Assembly (NCBI GenBank): GCA_964016885.1
Contig: OZ024759.1
Coordinates: 6,262,001-6,326,000 of the forward strand
Direction of reading: 5' to 3'
Origin: Eledone cirrhosa
Lineage: Eukaryota
Length of the DNA stretch: 64,000 bases
A program made the position numbers and the translations under genes. Below are positions 58,692 through 64,000 of the stretch, one piece after another (the first letter of the stretch is position 1; the number at the start of each line of letters is the position of its first letter). The notes beneath the pieces were generated by a model, which saw only the letters and a list, made by a program, of their open reading frames with translations, was not told the origin of the DNA and did no database searches.

Positions 58692-61600
58692 ACCTAGCTG
58701 TCACTAGGTACCACAGTAAGGAACAGCCCACCTAGCTGTCAGTAGGTACCACAGTAAGGAACAGTCTACCTAGCTGTCACTAGGTACCACTATAAGGTAC
58801 AGCCCACCTAGCTGTCAGTAGGTACCACAGTAAGGTACAGTCCACCTAGCTGTCAGTAGGTACCACAGTAAGGTACAGTCCACCTAGCTGTCACTAGGTA
58901 CCAAAGTAAGGTACAGTCCACCTATCTCTCACTAGGTACCACAATAAGGTACAGTCCACCTAGCTGTCACTAGGTACCACAGTAAGGTACAGTCCACCTA
59001 GCTGTCACTAGGTACCACATTAAGGTACAGTCCACCTAGCTGTCACTAGGTACCACAGTAAGGTACAGTCCACCTAGCTGTCAGTAGGTACCACAGTAAG
59101 GTACAGTCCACCTAGCTGTCACTAGGTACCACAGTAAGGTACAGTCCACCTAGCTGTCACTAGGTACCACAGTAAGGTACAGTCCACCTAGCTGTCACTA
59201 GGTACCACAGTAAGGTACAGTCCACCTAGCTGTCACTAGGTACCACATTAAGGTACAGTCCACCTAGCTGTCACTAGGTACCACAGTAAGGTACAGTCCA
59301 CCTAGCTGTCACTAGGTACCACTATAAGGTACAGTCCACCTAGCTGTCACTAGGTACCAAAGTAAGGTACAGTCCACCTAGCTGTCACTAGGTACCACAG
59401 TAAGGTACAGTCCACCTAGCTGTCACTAGGTACCACAGTAAGGTAGAGTCCACCTAGCTGTCACTAGGTACCACAGTAAGGTAGAGTCCACCTAGTTGTC
59501 ACTAGGTACCACAGTAAGGTAGAGTCCACCTAGTTGTCACTAGGTACCACAGTAAGGTAGAGTCCACCTAGCTGTCAGTAGGTGCCACAGTAAGGTAGAG
59601 TCCACCTAGCTGTCACTAGGTACCACAGTAAGGTACAGTCCACCTAGTTGTCACTAGGTACCACATTAAGGTACAGTCCACCTAGCTGTCACTAGGTACC
59701 ACAGTAAGGTAGAGTCCACCTAGTTGTCACTAGGTACCACAGTAAGGTAGAGTCCACCTAGCTGTCAGTAGGTGCCACAGTAAGGTAGAGTCCACCTAGT
59801 TGTCACTAGGTACCACAGTAAGGTAGAGTCCACCTAGTTGTCACTAGGTACCACAGTAAGGTAGAGTCCACCTAGCTGTCAGTAGGTGCCACAGTAAGGT
59901 AGAGTCCACCTAGCTGTCACTAGGTACCACAGTAAGGTACAGTCCACCTAGCTGTCACTAGGTACCACAGTAAGGTACAGTCCACCTAGCTGTCACTAGG
60001 TACCACAGTAAGGTACAGTCCACCTAGCTGTCACTAGGTACCACAGTAAGGTACAGTCCACCTAGCTGTCACTAGGTACCACAGTAAGGTACAGTCCACC
60101 TAGCTGTCACTAGGTACCACTATAACGTACAGTCCACCTAGCTGTCACTAGGTACCACTATAAGGTACAGTCCACCTAGCTGTCAGTAGGTACCACAGTA
60201 AGGTACAGTCCACCTAGCTGTCACTAGGTACCACAGTAAGGTACAGTCCACCTAGCTGTCACTAGGTACCACAGTAAGGTACAGTCCACCTAGCTGTCAC
60301 TAGGTACCACTATAACGTACAGTCCACCTAGCTGTCACTAGGTACCACAGTAAGGTACAGTCCACCTAGCTGTCACTAGGTACCACAGTAAGGTACAGTC
60401 CACCTAGCTGTCACTAGGTACCACAGTAAGGTACAGTCCACCTAGCTGTCACTAGGTACCACAGTAAACTACAGTCCACCTAGCTGTCACTAGGTACCAC
60501 AGTAAGGTACAGTCCACCTAGCTGTCACTAGGTACCACAGTAAGGTACAGTCCACCTAGCTGTCAGTAGGTACCACAGTAAGGTACAGTCCACCTAGCTG
60601 TCAGTAGGTACCACAGTAAGATACAGTCCACCTAGCTGTCACTAGGTACCACAGTAAGGTAGAGTCCACCTAGCTGTCACTAGGTACCACAGTAAGGTAC
60701 AGTCCACCTAGCTGTCACTAGGTACCACAGTAAGGTATAGTCCACCTAGCTGTCACTAGGTACCACAGTAAGGTACAGTCCACCTAGCTGTTACTAGGTA
60801 CCACAGTAAGGTACAGTCCACCTAGCTGTCACTAGGGACCACAATAAGGTACAGTCCACCTAGCTGTCACTAGGTACCAAAGTAAGGTACAGTCCACCTA
60901 GCTGTCACTAGGTACCACAGTAAGGTAAAGTCCACCTAGCTGTTACTAGGTACCACAGTAAGGTACAGTCCACCTAGCTGTCACTAGGGACCACAGTAAG
61001 GTACAGTCCACCTAGCTGTCACTAGGTACCACAGTAAGGTACAGTCCACCTAGCTGTCAGTAGGTACCACAGTAAGGTACAGTCCACCTAGCTGTCACTA
61101 GGTACCAAAGTAAGGTACAGTCCACCTAGCTGTCACTAGGGACCACAGTAAGGTACAGTCCACCTAGCTGTCAGTAGGTACCACAGTAAGGTACAGTCCA
61201 CCTAGCTGTCAGTAGGTACCACAGTAAGATACAGTCCACCTAGCTGTCACTAGGTACCACAGTAAGGTACAGTCCACCTAGCTGTCACTAGGTACCACAG
61301 TAAGGTACAGTCCACCTAGCTCTCACTAGGTACCACAATAAAGTACAGTCCACCTAGCTGTCACTAGGTACCACAGTAAGGTACAGTCCACCTAGCTGTC
61401 ACTAGGTACCACAATAAGGTACAGTCCACCTAGCTGTCAGTAGGTACTACAGTAAGGTACAGTCCACCTAGCTGTCACTAGGTACCACAGTAAGGTACAG
61501 TCCACCTAGCTCTCACTAGGTACCACAATAAGGTACAGTCCACCTAGCTGTCACTAGGTACCACAGTAAGGTACAGTCCACCTAGCTGTCAGTAGGTACT

Positions 61601-64000
61601 ACAGTAAGGTACAGTCCACCTAGCTGTCACTAGGTACCACAGTAAGGTACAGTCCACCTAGCTCTCACTAGGTACCACAATAAGGTACAGTCCACCTAGC
61701 TGTCACTAGGTACCACAGTAAGGTACAGTCTGCCTAGGTGTCACTAGGTAGAACAGTAAGGTACAGTCCAACTAGCTGTCAGTAGGTACCACAGTAAGGT
61801 ACAGTCCACCTAGCTGTCACTAGGTACCACATTAAGGTACAGTCCACCTAGCTGTCACTAGGTACCACTATAAGGTACAGTCCACCTAGCTGTCACTAGG
61901 TACCAAAGTAAGGTACAGTCCACCTAGCTGTCACTAGGTACCACAGTAAGGTACAGTCCACCTAGCTGTCACTAGGTACCACAGTAAGGTAGAGTCCACC
62001 TAGCTGTCACTAGGTACCACAGTAAGGTACAGTCCACCTAGTTGTCACTAGGTACCACAGTAAGGTAGAGTCCACCTAGCTGTCACTAGGTACCACATTA
62101 AGGTACAGTCCACCTAGCCGTCACTAGGTACCACAGTAAGGTACAGTCCACCTAGCTGTCACTAGGTACCACAGTAAGGTACAGTCCACCTAGCTGTCAG
62201 TAGGTACCACAGTAAGGTACAGTCCACCTAGTTGTCACTAGGTACCACAGTAAGGTACAGTCCACCTAGCTGTCACTAGGTACCACTATAAGGTACAGTC
62301 CACCTAGCTGTCACTAGGTACCACAGTAAGGTACAGTCCACCTAGCTGTCACTAGGTACCACAGTAAGGTACAGTCCACCTAGCTGTCACTAGGTACCAC
62401 AGTAAGGTACAGTCCACCTAGCTGTCAGTAGGTACCACAGTAAGGTACAGTCCACCTAGCTGTCACTAGGTACCACAGTAAGGTACAGTCCACCTAGCTG
62501 TCACTAGGTACCACAGTAAGGTACAGTCCACCTAGCTGTCACTAGGTACCACAGTAAGGTACAGTCCACCTAGCTGTCACTAGGTACCACTATAAGGTAC
62601 AGTCCACCTAGCTGTCACTAGGTACCAAAGTAAGGTACAGTCCACCTAACTGTCAGTAGGTACCACAGTAAGGTACAGTCCACCTAGCTGTCACTAGGTA
62701 CCACAGTAAGGTACAGTCCACCTAGCTGTCACTAGGTACCACAGTAAGGTACAGTCCACCTAGCTGTCACTAGGTACCACTATAACGTACAGTCCACCTA
62801 GCTGTCACTAGGTACCACTATAAGGTACAGTCCACCTAGCTGTCAGTAGGTACCACAGTAAGGTACAGTCCACCTAGCTGTCACTAGGTACCACAGTAAG
62901 GTACAGTCCACCTAGCTGTCACTAGGTACCACAGTAAGGTAGAGTCCACCTAGCTGTCACTAGGTACCACAGTAAGGTACAGTCCACCTAGCTGTCACTA
63001 TGTACCACAGTAAGGTACAGTCCACCTAGCTGTCACTAGGTACCACAGTAAGGAACAGTCCACCTAGCTGTCACTAGGTACCACAGTAAGGTACAGTCCA
63101 CCTAGCTGTCACTAGGTACCACAGTAAACTACAGTCCACCTAGCTGTCACTAGGTACCACAGTAAGGTACAGTCCACCTGGCTGTCACTAGGTACCACAG
63201 TAAGGTACAGTCCACCTAGCTGTCACTAGGTACCACAGTAAACTACAGTCCACCTAGCTGTCACTAGGTACCACAGTAAGGTACAGTCCACCTAGCTGTC
63301 ACTAGGTACCACAGTAAGGTACAGTCCACCTAACTGTCACTAGGTACCACAGTAAGGTACAGTCCACCTAGCTGTCACTAGGTACCAAAGTAAGGTACAG
63401 TCCACCTAGCTCTCACTAGGTACCACAATAAGGTACAGTCCACCTAGCTGTCACTAGGTACCACAGTAAGGTACAGTCCACCTAGCTGTCACTAGGTACC
63501 ACATTAAGGTACAGTCCACCTAGCTGTCACTAGGTACCACAGTAAGGTACAGTCCACCTAGCTGTCACTAGGTACCATTATAAGGTACAGTCCACCTAGC
63601 TGTCACTAGGTACCAAAGTAAGGTACAGTCCACCTAGCTGTCACTAGGTACCACAGTAAGGTACAGTCCACCTAGCTGTCACTAGGTACCACAGTAAGGT
63701 AGAATCCACCTAGCTGTCACTAGGTACCACAGTAAGGTAGAGTCCACCTAGTTGTCACTAGGTACCACAGTAAGGTAGAGTCCACCTAGTTGTCACTAGG
63801 TACCACAGTAAGGTAGAGTCCACCTAGCTGTCAGTAGGTACCACTATAAGGTACAGTCCACCTAGCTGTCAGTAGGTACCACAGTAAGGTAGAGTCCACC
63901 TAGCTGTCACTAGGTACCACAGTAAGGTAGAGTCCACCTAGTTGTCACTAGGTACCACTATAACGTACAGTCCACCTAGCTGTCAGTAGGTACCACAGTA
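58692..64000. repeat. 38-bp satellite (acctagctgtcactaggtaccacagtaaggtacagtcc)n; open at the window end
   Basis: About 140 homogeneous copies with internal inverted repeats. Confidence 0.99.

Noticed and set aside
55035-64000. CRISPR-like arrays (37-38 bp palindromic repeats)
   Set aside because: No unique spacers, no cas genes, eukaryotic context.

Overview
Eukaryotic, repeat-saturated window with no confidently identifiable host exon. The SINE, RTE and Helitron repertoire resembles what I recall from octopus/cephalopod genomes (inference). Roughly two thirds is tandem repeat: a >17.6 kb 8/10-bp satellite, arrays of 41/43, 21, 40/45, 48, 37 and 38 bp, and (GGT)n, (GTT)n and (CCAA)n tracts. 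The only intact coding unit is an apparently full-length Tx1/L1-clade non-LTR retrotransposon (ORF1 with a CCHC knuckle; ORF2 APE-RT-zinc finger) inside the 41/43-bp satellite. Also present: several decayed RTE LINEs, a non-autonomous Gypsy-like LTR element with TSD, PBS and PPT, a related solo LTR, non-autonomous Helitron-like elements including a head-to-tail junction, tRNA-type SINEs, a TTAA MITE and a Penelope-like segment with a hammerhead-like motif. The main theme is that several satellites can be traced, within this window, to pieces of neighbouring transposons. The long low-complexity ORFs in the ORF track are repeat artefacts.
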